A stretch of 64,000 bases of DNA from an uncultured Gemmatimonadales bacterium (GTDB lineage: Bacteria; Gemmatimonadota; Gemmatimonadetes; Gemmatimonadales; GWC2-71-9): contig CAWCVB010000005.1 in assembly GCA_963798915.1 (NCBI GenBank), positions 345,291 through 409,290 of the forward strand, read 5' to 3'. How positions within the stretch are numbered: the stretch's first letter is position 1; each line of letters begins with the position of its first letter. The notes beneath the pieces are model-generated. The model saw only the letters and a program-made list of their open reading frames with translations. It was not told where the DNA came from and ran no database searches. Made by a program: the position numbers and the translations under genes. This document shows positions 36,098 through 44,651 of this stretch, one piece after another.

Positions 36098-38890
36098 AAA
36101 CACCAACTCCACACCCAGTCGCGCCAGCCGGGGGGTCCCGTAGGCAAAGAGCGGTTGGGTGTAGTCAATGGCGGCCGCCTGGTAGAGTGGCAGCAGTTCG
36201 GTCTGGCCCGCGATGAAGCCGTCATGGTTCAGGTCGGCGGCCGCGCGATATCGCTCCGACTCATACGGTATGGCTTCGGGGTGCTGCAGGTACGCATCCA
36301 TGGCCATCGACGAAAGGACGCTGGCAGGGGCGTCAGGCGTCCCGGTATCGCGTCGGACCGCGACGACATTGCGTCGGTTCAGCAGGTTCCGCACGTCCAG
36401 GTAGATGCCGCCACGCACCCCGGCCAGCGTGAGCGGCCGGCGCAGCAGCACGTCGAACGTGGTCGTGAACGGCAGCCGGGCGTCATTGGGAAGCCCGTTC
36501 ATCGTGTCGCTGCCGATCGGCCTGCTGGTGTATGGCAGGCCGGAGTTGATCCGGCTGATGAGCGCCGCTTCGAAACCGGCGAACGGCCGGATCCCCGCGA
36601 ATGAGGGCCCTGCGCTGTCGCGTACCTGCCCCTGCAGGATCATCGTCAGCGTGTGGCGCCGATCGAAGTCGAGCGGGAACTCGACCTTGGCAGGGAAGAT
36701 CGTGTCGTGCGTGAGGGTGTCGATCCGTATGGCGCGACGAAGCAGGAAGGCGCTGCTCGACGAAGCGGTCGCCTGCTGGAGTGTGTACGCGACTCGCACG
36801 CCGATCCCATGCTGCAGGTCGCGATCCAGGATCAGCTCCATGCCCTTGACCGTGCCGATATCCGTGTTGCCGAAAATCGACGAATCGGGGTCCTGGCCCA
36901 GCGGGACTGACGAAACCAGCCCTTCCAGCCGTTTGACGTAGATATTGGCCCGCACCGTAAGATTGTCGCGCGGACGGGCGCGCAAGCTCATTTCGTACTG
37001 CCACGAATCTTCAAAGCCGAGATTCGGGTTGCCCTGGCGGAACCGTCCGGTACGAGTCGTGTCGTCAAAGGCCGCGTCCACGAGGTACTGATAATCGGGT
37101 GGCTGGCTGAAGCGGCCAATGCTCGCCACGAACGTGGCATGGTGGAAAACAGTCGATACACCAATGCGGGGATTGACTCGCAGCTTCGCGCCGGCGTCGG
37201 TTCCGGGCAGGTCCACGCGCGTGTCAAAGCGATCCACGCGCAGTCCGGCGGTGAAGCCCAGCTCGGCCAGGCGGAATTGACCCTCCGCGTAGGCCGCGGC
37301 GGCCACTGGCGAAAATTCGGAGGCCGTTGCCGGTGGAACCGAGTCGCCCGTGGGCAGGTACCCGAGGATGCGCTGGAAGGTGCGCACGCGTTGCTGAACC
37401 AGCTCTCCGCCGGCGTAGATATCACCATGACTACCGGCGCTGAAGGTCAAGTCGAGCTGTGACCGGAGTTCCCGGAACTGGTTCCAGGCCAATTCGCCTC
37501 GGGAGCCCCCGGTAAGGAAGAACGCCGGAACGCCCCACGGAGTACCCGCCGCCAGGGTTGGCGCCTCGAGCCCCGGGATGGGAGCGGCCGCCGCGGTGGT
37601 GTCCTGCGCCCGCGCGATATCTTCGCCGACGACGTTGAAGCGTGAGCCAGTGAAGGCGCCGAACTGGTAGTCCGGACTGCTGTCGAGTGTGCCGCGCACG
37701 AAATCACGATTAAAGACCGAGAGGCGCAGGTCCGCCACGAACGGGTGCCGCGAGGTCGGTCCGCTGGCGTGCTGGAAATGGATGCTCCCCAGCGTGCCCG
37801 CCACGCGTCGCGCCGGACCACCGTCGGGGTCGTACTTGAAGACGGGATCGTAGAGCAGGCGCTGGTCGATCGACCGCAGTCCGAAGACCCGAATCGTTTC
37901 CGTGTGGCCAAGCGGAATCGTGAGCTTGCCGCCAAAGTTGTACTCTTCGCCTCCGTTGTGCGGCAGCATCCAGGGATTCCCCGCTCGGGGATCGAGCGCG
38001 TTCTCAGGCGGCGGCGCGTTGACCGGGTCGGCATCCAGCCGGGCGGAGAGATCCGCCGAGACGACCGCCCGAATGCCGCCCGCCACCGGCCCGTCTGCCT
38101 CGAAGACGGCCCGGTCGAGACCATAGTCCCAGCCATCGCCAAAGGGCCGATCGGTTTCATATGCCGTGCGTCCCGACCACTGCTCCCCACCGTCCTTGGT
38201 GACGATGTTGACGATGCCGGAGATGGCCTGCCCATAGCGGGCGGAGAAGCCATTGGTCACCAGGGATGCCTCGGTGAGCATGTCGGTCGGAAAACGGAGG
38301 CCGAGCGCGCCGGTGGAGGCGTCCAATTGGTTCTTGACGCCCAGCCCGTCGATCACAAACGCTTGCTGGCCCAGACGGCCGCCCCGGTAGCTTTCGCCGA
38401 CAGCACCCGCCGAAAGCGCCAGGGCATCTTCGAGTGTGCTGACTGGAAGCCGGCGGAGGTCGGCGCTCGAAATCACCTGCTCGGACTGGGTGGCGAGCGG
38501 ATCGAGAACCCGGTCGGAGGTCTCGACAATCAGGGGGGCGAGTTCGATGGCGCGGGGCCGCATCGTGACATTGGCGACGCTGGTGGCACCGGCGCGGACC
38601 ACGAGGCTGTCGCGGCGAAGGGGAGCATAGCCGAGGGCACGGACATTCAGCGTATAGCTGCCGGCCCGAACGGCGCGGATCCGGTAGGCACCCGCGGTGT
38701 CGGTCACACTTCCGCGACGTCCGTCGTCGATGGTCACGAGCGCCCCGCTGATGCCTGCGCCAGTGGCACTGTCGGTGATGATACCGCTGATGGCCCCGGC
38801 GGACTGGGCGGTTGCGCGAGTGGCGCTGAAGGTCAGCACGGCGCAGGCAAGCATCAGCGTCACGAGACGTGATTGGCTGCGGGCGCTCAT
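36095..38890 (-). CDS. TonB-dependent receptor with N-terminal carboxypeptidase-regulatory-like domain
   Basis: Signal peptide, GAISGIITDSATG, plug GFSARYGQAISGIVNIVTK, beta barrel, C-terminal ELVF. Confidence 0.9.
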   Translation of the reverse strand: MSARSQSRLVTLMLACAVLTFSATRATAQSAGAISGIITDSATGAGISGALVTIDDGRRGSVTDTAGAYRIRAVRAGSYTLNVRALGYAPLRRDSLVVRAGATSVANVTMRPRAIELAPLIVETSDRVLDPLATQSEQVISSADLRRLPVSTLEDALALSAGAVGESYRGGRLGQQAFVIDGLGVKNQLDASTGALGLRFPTDMLTEASLVTNGFSARYGQAISGIVNIVTKDGGEQWSGRTAYETDRPFGDGWDYGLDRAVFEADGPVAGGIRAVVSADLSARLDADPVNAPPPENALDPRAGNPWMLPHNGGEEYNFGGKLTIPLGHTETIRVFGLRSIDQRLLYDPVFKYDPDGGPARRVAGTLGSIHFQHASGPTSRHPFVADLRLSVFNRDFVRGTLDSSPDYQFGAFTGSRFNVVGEDIARAQDTTAAAAPIPGLEAPTLAAGTPWGVPAFFLTGGSRGELAWNQFRELRSQLDLTFSAGSHGDIYAGGELVQQRVRTFQRILGYLPTGDSVPPATASEFSPVAAAAYAEGQFRLAELGFTAGLRVDRFDTRVDLPGTDAGAKLRVNPRIGVSTVFHHATFVASIGRFSQPPDYQYLVDAAFDDTTRTGRFRQGNPNLGFEDSWQYEMSLRARPRDNLTVRANIYVKRLEGLVSSVPLGQDPDSSIFGNTDIGTVKGMELILDRDLQHGIGVRVAYTLQQATASSSSAFLLRRAIRIDTLTHDTIFPAKVEFPLDFDRRHTLTMILQGQVRDSAGPSFAGIRPFAGFEAALISRINSGLPYTSRPIGSDTMNGLPNDARLPFTTTFDVLLRRPLTLAGVRGGIYLDVRNLLNRRNVVAVRRDTGTPDAPASVLSSMAMDAYLQHPEAIPYESERYRAAADLNHDGFIAGQTELLPLYQAAAIDYTQPLFAYGTPRLARLGVELVF

Positions 38891-40026
38891 GGGACATCGA
38901 TCCGGTAAAGGTCAGCAACCGGAGAAACGACGGTGTCGGGGTAGCTTGGAGTGCCGTCCGGCGGCACTGTCGTGACGATCTCGTAGGGATAGCCTTCGGC
39001 CACAAGGGCCTTGCCATCCGGGCTCCAGCGCGGCCGCCGGAAGAAGAGGTTTGGGACCGGCATTGGCGTGATGAGGCCGGTTGTCGCGTCCACGATCTGC
39101 AGCTCACCGCCCTGATCAAATCCCTGCGCGGGGTCGCCGGCATCGTCAGTCACCTGCAGCAGCTTGCCGCCCGCGACGACGACGATGCGACCATTCGCCT
39201 GGTCAGCATCGCGCGGGATGCGCGTCGGGTCGAACGTCGCTATGACCGACTCGGCGCCCGAGCCGACGTCATGGCGCACCACACGCGGGTCACTGGCGAA
39301 CGTGAGCACTACCTGCCCTGAAGCGCCGGGCGTGGCCGAGGTCGCGAAGTCGGCACCCGGAAGCACCTGAGGCGCTCCCGAACCCGAGGCCGCCAGCAGG
39401 TAGGCGTCACGCCATCGGCGCACAACGAGCGGGTCGCAGGTGGGGCATGGTGACGAGACCGCATCGTCGGCCCCAAGGAATACCAGCGTGCCGGCGGACA
39501 TCCAGCGGAGCAGCCCGATGGCCACGACCTGGCCGTGCGGCCCGGGAAAGCGCGCGTTGGCGAGCACCACACCGTCGGGAATCGAGTCTAGCGGCCCGGC
39601 CACTACGCTGGTGAGACCGGATTGGTTGGCCGGATCGAGCCTGGCCCGGATAAAGGCCAGCCGGTCCGATCCCGGTTCTGGAGCCGCCTGGGTGAAGATG
39701 TCGAGCGTGTCAGCCTCGAGCGCGGACGCGCTGCAGATGCTGCGCACGCGGGTTCCACCCGAAGAAGGGAGAATTCCGAGGCAGATGTCGGGGCTGTGAT
39801 GATGGTTGCCGTGCTCGAGCGAAGCGTACGAGTAGAGGATCTCGGTGTCCGACAGCCAGGCTGGATCGGTGCCGCCGCCATAGGTCAGCCGGAGCGGATG
39901 GACGTTGGGCTCGAGCGGGCTGTCCGTGGCCGTATCAGGTGGGGCAAAGGGCTCGCTGTGGGAACAGGCAAGCTGCATGAGCGTGAGCAGTACCAGTGCT
40001 GGATGGAGCGGCTGCCATCTACGCAT
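38887..40026 (-). CDS. Lipoprotein with TolB/WD40-like beta-propeller features
   Basis: QLAC lipobox; RLTY, PAWL, PRWSPDGK blade motifs; ATGA overlap with the receptor gene. Confidence 0.72.
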   Translation of the reverse strand: MRRWQPLHPALVLLTLMQLACSHSEPFAPPDTATDSPLEPNVHPLRLTYGGGTDPAWLSDTEILYSYASLEHGNHHHSPDICLGILPSSGGTRVRSICSASALEADTLDIFTQAAPEPGSDRLAFIRARLDPANQSGLTSVVAGPLDSIPDGVVLANARFPGPHGQVVAIGLLRWMSAGTLVFLGADDAVSSPCPTCDPLVVRRWRDAYLLAASGSGAPQVLPGADFATSATPGASGQVVLTFASDPRVVRHDVGSGAESVIATFDPTRIPRDADQANGRIVVVAGGKLLQVTDDAGDPAQGFDQGGELQIVDATTGLITPMPVPNLFFRRPRWSPDGKALVAEGYPYEIVTTVPPDGTPSYPDTVVSPVADLYRIDVP

Positions 40027-40030
40027 CTCT

Positions 40031-40131
40031 GGCCTCGGCTGGATTCGTCAGAGGGGACGCCTTGGCTGAAAGCCGGTGCACAGGGCACTCCTCTTCCGGT
40101 GGACCATCGGGAGACGGCAGTCCAGCCGGCC
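40031..40131 (+). ncRNA. Candidate structured RNA (three-way junction), family unknown
   Basis: Manual folding pairs most of the 101 nt and includes 5 G-U pairs, all compatible with the + sense; see findings. Confidence 0.35.
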
Positions 40132-40276
40132 GTGCTGCCCGCTTCCGCAGCGGCGGTTCACGCCGTATATGTTCTGGATCAGCCCGGGCAGGACACTGCG
40201 CGGGCTCTCTATCAAACGTCCCGCTGCGAGAAAACGCAAGTCGCATCCGCCGGTTTCTTCCACTCCCGAGGCCACC

Positions 40277-40720
40277 ATGTTCAGGGATTTCAAGACGTTT
40301 ATCATGCGCGGCAATGTGCTCGACCTGGCTATCGGTATCATCATAGGCGGCGCATTCGGGACGATCGTGAAGTCCTTCGTGGACGACATCCTCATGCCGC
40401 CGATTGGCATGTTGCTGGGCAATGTGGACTTCACTGACCGCTTCATCCTGCTGAAGGAGGGGACCAGCGTGTTACCCCGCGGCGCGAGTCTGGAACAGGC
40501 CAAGGCCGCCGGGGCTGTCACCATCAATTACGGCTCGTTCATCAACGCCGTGGTCGCGTTCCTGATCATCGCGTTCTGCGTCTATCTTGTGGTGCGAGCC
40601 GCCAATCGGCTTGAGGGCCCCAAGGAGGCAACAGTGCCAACCACGAAGAACTGCCCCTTTTGCGCGACCGCTATTCCGCTGGCCGCCAAGAAATGTCCCA
40701 ACTGCACGTCGGCCCTGTGA
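40277..40720 (+). CDS. mscL: Large-conductance mechanosensitive channel with C-terminal CxxC-CxxC ribbon
   Basis: FKTFIMRGNVLDLAIGIIIGGAF, NYGSFINAVVAFLIIAF; tail CPFC...CPNC. Confidence 0.95.
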   Translation: MFRDFKTFIMRGNVLDLAIGIIIGGAFGTIVKSFVDDILMPPIGMLLGNVDFTDRFILLKEGTSVLPRGASLEQAKAAGAVTINYGSFINAVVAFLIIAFCVYLVVRAANRLEGPKEATVPTTKNCPFCATAIPLAAKKCPNCTSAL

Positions 40721-40728
40721 TCTCCGGC

Positions 40729-40757
40729 TTGACGAGGACGGGCCAATGCTTTACACT
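40729..40757 (+). promoter_or_regulatory. sigma70 promoter of the membrane protein-regulator operon
   Basis: TTGACG (40729-40734), 17 nt, TACACT (40752-40757). Confidence 0.78.
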
Positions 40758-40764
40758 GTAAAGT
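40748..40764. promoter_or_regulatory. Palindromic operator 1
   Basis: G-CTTTACA-C-TGTAAAG-T, a perfect 7-bp inverted repeat covering the -10. Confidence 0.75.
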
Positions 40765-40769
40765 AGTTT

Positions 40770-41375
40770 ATGGCTTCGCCACCACGACGAGTGGACGCGC
40801 CGGCGGCGCTGCATGACCGGGCGATGGATAACCTGTCTTACATCCGATCTGCCATGGAGCGCGCCGGGACGTTCACGGCCGTGCCGGGGTGGGGCGGAGT
40901 GGCCATGGGGCTGTCGGCCCTCCTCGCGGCGGCGCTGGCCGCCGTCCAGCGGCAGGTGCATGGCTGGCTGGCAGTGTGGATGGCCGAGGCCGTGGTGGGG
41001 GCCGCCATCGGTGGCCTTGCCATGCGTCGGAAGGCGCGGCGCATCGGCTCTCCCATGCTGGGGCGACCCGGCCGCCGCTTCTTCTTGAGCTACGCTCCAC
41101 CTATTGTGGTGGGAGCGCTGCTGACGGTGGTATTGTACCGGGGGTCGCTGGCCGAAGCCCTTCCCGGCACCTGGCTCCTCTGCTACGGGACCGGGGTGGT
41201 GACCGGCGGCGCGTTTTCGGTGCGAGTGGTGCCGGTGATGGGACTGTGTTTCATGGGGCTGGGCGCGTTGGCCTTGGCGTTGCCGGCGTCAGCAGGCAAC
41301 TGGCTCCTCGCGGCGGGTTTCGGAGGGCTGCACGTGATTTTTGGGTTGGCAATTGCCCGGAGGTATGGTGGCTAG
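40770..41375 (+). CDS. Integral membrane protein (about 6 TM)
   Basis: RAMDNLSYIRSAMERA N-helix, hydrophobic helices, WLLCYG, GFGGLHVIFG, ends RRYGG overlapping the regulator start. Confidence 0.85.
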   Translation: MASPPRRVDAPAALHDRAMDNLSYIRSAMERAGTFTAVPGWGGVAMGLSALLAAALAAVQRQVHGWLAVWMAEAVVGAAIGGLAMRRKARRIGSPMLGRPGRRFFLSYAPPIVVGALLTVVLYRGSLAEALPGTWLLCYGTGVVTGGAFSVRVVPVMGLCFMGLGALALALPASAGNWLLAAGFGGLHVIFGLAIARRYGG

Positions 41376-41751
41376 GAGCAATGCGGCACGAAAGACGGGA
41401 CGGGACCACGAGGCGGCTCGCCGCCTGACTGGCGTGCGCGGCGGACAGGAAGGCGAGGCGCTGGCGCTCGACCGGGTGATTCATGAACGGGTCCGGCTCG
41501 CCATCGTCAGTGCGCTCGCGGTGAATTCCACGCTCTCGTTCAGCGAACTCAAGGCGCTGCTCGACGTCAGTGACGGTAACTTGAGCGTGCACGCCAGGAA
41601 ATTGGAGGAGGCTGGCTACGTCGCCTGCCGCAAGTCCTTCGATGGGCGGATGCCGCGCACCGAGTATTCACTCACCGCCGCCGGACGCCGGGCGCTCGAG
41701 CAGTATCTGTCGCACATGGAGGCCCTGATCGCCGCGACCAGAAGCGGCTGA
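41368..41751 (+). CDS. Winged-helix transcriptional regulator (ArsR/MarR-like, HTH_34 type)
   Basis: [56 protein letters not shown]. Confidence 0.92.
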   Translation: MARSNAARKTGRDHEAARRLTGVRGGQEGEALALDRVIHERVRLAIVSALAVNSTLSFSELKALLDVSDGNLSVHARKLEEAGYVACRKSFDGRMPRTEYSLTAAGRRALEQYLSHMEALIAATRSG

Positions 41752-41779
41752 GCGGTGGTGGCTTTTTTTTGCCGTTGCA

Positions 41780-41796
41780 ACTTTGTGATACAAAGC
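41780..41796. promoter_or_regulatory. Palindromic operator 2 upstream of uppS
   Basis: A-CTTTGT-GAT-ACAAAG-C; same length and outer bases as operator 1; follows a T8 run. Confidence 0.68.
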
Positions 41797-41819
41797 ACTT
41801 ATTGGAAAGGACCGAGCCG

Positions 41820-42569
41820 ATGGCAGGAGAGTGGGCAGGCCGCCGCACAGGCCTGCATGTAGCGGTGATCATGGACGGCAACGGGCGCTGGGCCACCAGG
41901 CAGGGATTGCCCCGTGCCGCGGGCCACCGGGAAGGTGTGGAAGCCGTGCGCCGCCTGGTCGAGGGCGCACCCGGCGCCGGGATCAGCACGCTCACGCTGT
42001 ACGCCTTTTCCTCCGACAACTGGCAACGGCCCACGCGCGAAGTGCAATGGCTCATGCGCTTGTTTCGCGAATATCTGCGTGGGGAAACGGCGCGCTGTGT
42101 GGCGACCGGGACCCGGCTCAGCATCATAGGGCGGCGCGACCGCCTTGCCCCATCGGTGCTGCGACAGATCCAGCGTGCCGAGGCACAGACGGCTGAGGGT
42201 ACCCGGCTGCATCTCCGCGTTGCCGTCGACTATTCAGCGCGGGACGCCATCCTGCGAGCGGCCGCATGTGCCGGCACGGAGGAACTGACGCGCGAGCGCT
42301 TCGGCCGGCTCCTCGCCATTGCGGACCACGGTTCCACCCGCACGCCGGATGTCGACCTCCTGATCCGGACCGGTGGAGAACAACGCCTGAGCGACTTTCT
42401 GCTCTGGGAGTGCGCCTATGCAGAGCTGCTCTTTCTTCCCGTCATGTTTCCCGACTTTGCGGAGGCCGACCTGATGGCGGCGCTGCATGCCTTTCACGCT
42501 CGAGAGCGGCGCTTCGGCAGCCTCCAGGCCGTGCCCCAACCCGTCCAGACGGATCGGAGGATCTCCTGA
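41820..42569 (+). CDS. uppS: cis-prenyltransferase (undecaprenyl/polyprenyl diphosphate synthase)
   Basis: [62 protein letters not shown]. Confidence 0.93.
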   Translation: MAGEWAGRRTGLHVAVIMDGNGRWATRQGLPRAAGHREGVEAVRRLVEGAPGAGISTLTLYAFSSDNWQRPTREVQWLMRLFREYLRGETARCVATGTRLSIIGRRDRLAPSVLRQIQRAEAQTAEGTRLHLRVAVDYSARDAILRAAACAGTEELTRERFGRLLAIADHGSTRTPDVDLLIRTGGEQRLSDFLLWECAYAELLFLPVMFPDFAEADLMAALHAFHARERRFGSLQAVPQPVQTDRRIS

Positions 42570-43148
42570 TGAGCACGCTCCTGCGCCTGGCCGGGCCGGT
42601 GCTATTCTTCGCAGCGGTCACCAGCCTCGTCGCGTTGCTGGCTCTGGGTGTAACCGTCCTGGCGCGCGGGAGGAGTCGCGCGACCCGGTGGGCGACGGCT
42701 GCCTGCGTGACGGTGCTCGCCACCTATGGGCTGGCAATCGCCGCCGGATGGCTGCTGGCGCCGCGGCGCACTCTCGCCATGGGGGAAGAAGTGTCGTTCT
42801 GTGGCCTCGACTGCCATCTGCACGTTGCGGTGCTCGATGTCGACGGCGCCCGCGTGCAGGTTCGTCTGCGAAGCGACGCGCGCCGGGCGCCAGAGTATCC
42901 GTCGCATCTCGACGTTCGCGCCGTGGACGATCGTGGCGCCGTCCTGCGTCCTCATGCCGGTCTGGGAATCGGGTCCGCTTCTGGCCGGCCGGCAGCATCA
43001 GGAGGAACTACAGTTTTCGCTGGCACCAGGCCGGCGCATCACGGGGCTGCGGGTCACCTGGGGTAGCTGGCTTGATTACCTGGTGCCGGGCCCGCAGAAC
43101 GCGATGGTGCAGTCGCGAACTTTGCTGACTGCTATCCCGCGCCTGTAA
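42569..43148 (+). pseudogene. Membrane-anchored hypothetical protein split by a +1 frameshift near 42964-42966 (pseudogene or sequencing error)
   Basis: First frame gives two TM helices, FCGLDCH and VRAVDDRG, then degrades; the next frame continues ESGPLLAG...ELQFSL...LRVTWGSWLDYLVPGPQN. Removing one G from GGG joins them. Confidence 0.65.
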
Positions 43149-43405
43149 TGTTGGCCTGTGGCGTGACTCACACCGGCCGGGGCACGGCGCTGATATCTTG
43201 CGGAGTGAAACGCGCGGGCGGTGGCCGGCGCGGCTGGGAGCGGAGACTGGACGTCTTGCACAAGCATGGGCAAAGGAGGCGACACATTCAGCAGGCACTG
43301 GCGCGCCAGCGCATCGGGACGGATTATAGGGGTGAAGCGCTGCCCGTTCTGGTGCCGCGGGGACGCGGCACAGCGGTCAGCGTCCGCTCGGGAGGACGAG
43401 TCCTC

Positions 43406-43753
43406 ATGCGCCTGGTTTTCGTGGTGCTTGGTCTTGGTGCCGGGACAGGCATTGGCTTTTTCAACGTCGGCACGGGAAACACGCTGGTGACGGCTGTCTT
43501 GCTGGCAGCCGCGGCATTCCTGCTCGCCGTGCTGCGCCCGGCATTTGCCTGGATGTCGGCCACGCTGGTCGGGCTCGGCGTGCCAGCTGCCTATCTCTGG
43601 GCCACCATTGCCGGCGCGGTGATCGACTACCCGCCGCAACCCAACCTTGCTGCCACCCTGCTTGCGCTTCTGCCCGCCGTGGCGGGGGCCCTCGTGGCGC
43701 TCGCTCTCCGGCGCGTCCTGCTGGGCGCCTCGGAGTCCCGTGTTCACCGCTGA
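43406..43753 (+). CDS. Small membrane protein (about 4 TM)
   Basis: GGAGGA SD; hydrophobic 115-aa ORF. Confidence 0.72.
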   Translation: MRLVFVVLGLGAGTGIGFFNVGTGNTLVTAVLLAAAAFLLAVLRPAFAWMSATLVGLGVPAAYLWATIAGAVIDYPPQPNLAATLLALLPAVAGALVALALRRVLLGASESRVHR

Positions 43754-43804
43754 TCCGCGCCACTTTCAGTCATGTCCGCGCGTCCTGGGCGTCCTGAGGC
43801 GCGC

Positions 43805-44641
43805 ATGACCGGTGGTCCGTCCGAGGCGCCCCGGATTTCCAGCAGGGTGCCGACGGCCCTCATCACCGGAGCCTCGACAGGAATCGGGCGCGAACTGGCA
43901 CGGCTGTTTGGCCGCGACGGGTTTGCGCTTGTGCTGGTGAGTCGGAGTGGCGACAAGCTCGCGACCGTGGCGACCGAACTGCGTGACGCGTATGGCGCCA
44001 CGGTCACCACGGTTCCTGCCGACCTTGGCGTGCCTGCTGAACTGGAGCGGCTCCTCTCCACGCTCGCGGCGTCCGATATTCGTGTGGATGTCCTCGTAAA
44101 CAATGCCGGGTTCGGCGGGGCGGGCCGATTCTCCGAGACGTCCTTGACGGATGAACTGGCCATGATCGCACTCAACGTGGATGCGCTCGTGACGCTGAGC
44201 AAGCGCCTCCTGCCGCCAATGCTGCAGACTCGCCGGGGCCGGATTCTCAATGTCGCCTCCACGGCGGCCTTTCAGCCTGGCCCCTTCCAGGCGGTGTATT
44301 TCGCGACCAAGGCGTTCGTGCTGTCCTTTTCGGAAGCGATCGCCGAGGAGTTGCGTGGCTCCGGCGTGACAGTGACAACGCTCTGTCCGGGGCCCACCGA
44401 GACCGGCTTCGCCCAGCGCGCCGGATTCCGCTCGTCGCCCATGATGGGTGCACGGATGGATGCCCGAAGCGTCGCGGAGGCGGCCTACACCGCGACGCTT
44501 CGGGGTGAGCGGATCGTGGTGCCCGGTGTCGTCAACAAGATGCACGCCCAGGCGGTCCGGCTTACGCCACGCGGGCTGCTGACGCGACTCGCCGGCGCTG
44601 CCCAGCAGCGGCGGATGGGGGCGGGGGATGAGGCGCCGTAG
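43805..44641 (+). CDS. SDR family oxidoreductase
   Basis: TGASTGIG, LVNNAGFG, NVAS, YFATK; alternative start 43772. Confidence 0.92.
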   Translation: MTGGPSEAPRISSRVPTALITGASTGIGRELARLFGRDGFALVLVSRSGDKLATVATELRDAYGATVTTVPADLGVPAELERLLSTLAASDIRVDVLVNNAGFGGAGRFSETSLTDELAMIALNVDALVTLSKRLLPPMLQTRRGRILNVASTAAFQPGPFQAVYFATKAFVLSFSEAIAEELRGSGVTVTTLCPGPTETGFAQRAGFRSSPMMGARMDARSVAEAAYTATLRGERIVVPGVVNKMHAQAVRLTPRGLLTRLAGAAQQRRMGAGDEAP

Positions 44642-44651
44642 GGGGCGGGCA

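Noticed and set aside
40045..40051. CUGACGA on the minus strand suggesting a hammerhead ribozyme core
   Set aside because: No correctly placed GAAA and stem II/III arrangement.
43298..43313. sigma54-like TGGCGC...GCA
   Set aside because: GG-to-GC spacing is 9 nt rather than the required 10.
43352..43405. Guanidine-II (mini-ykkC) riboswitch
   Set aside because: The hairpin loops are GGGA and CGAG, not ACGR closed by a pair.
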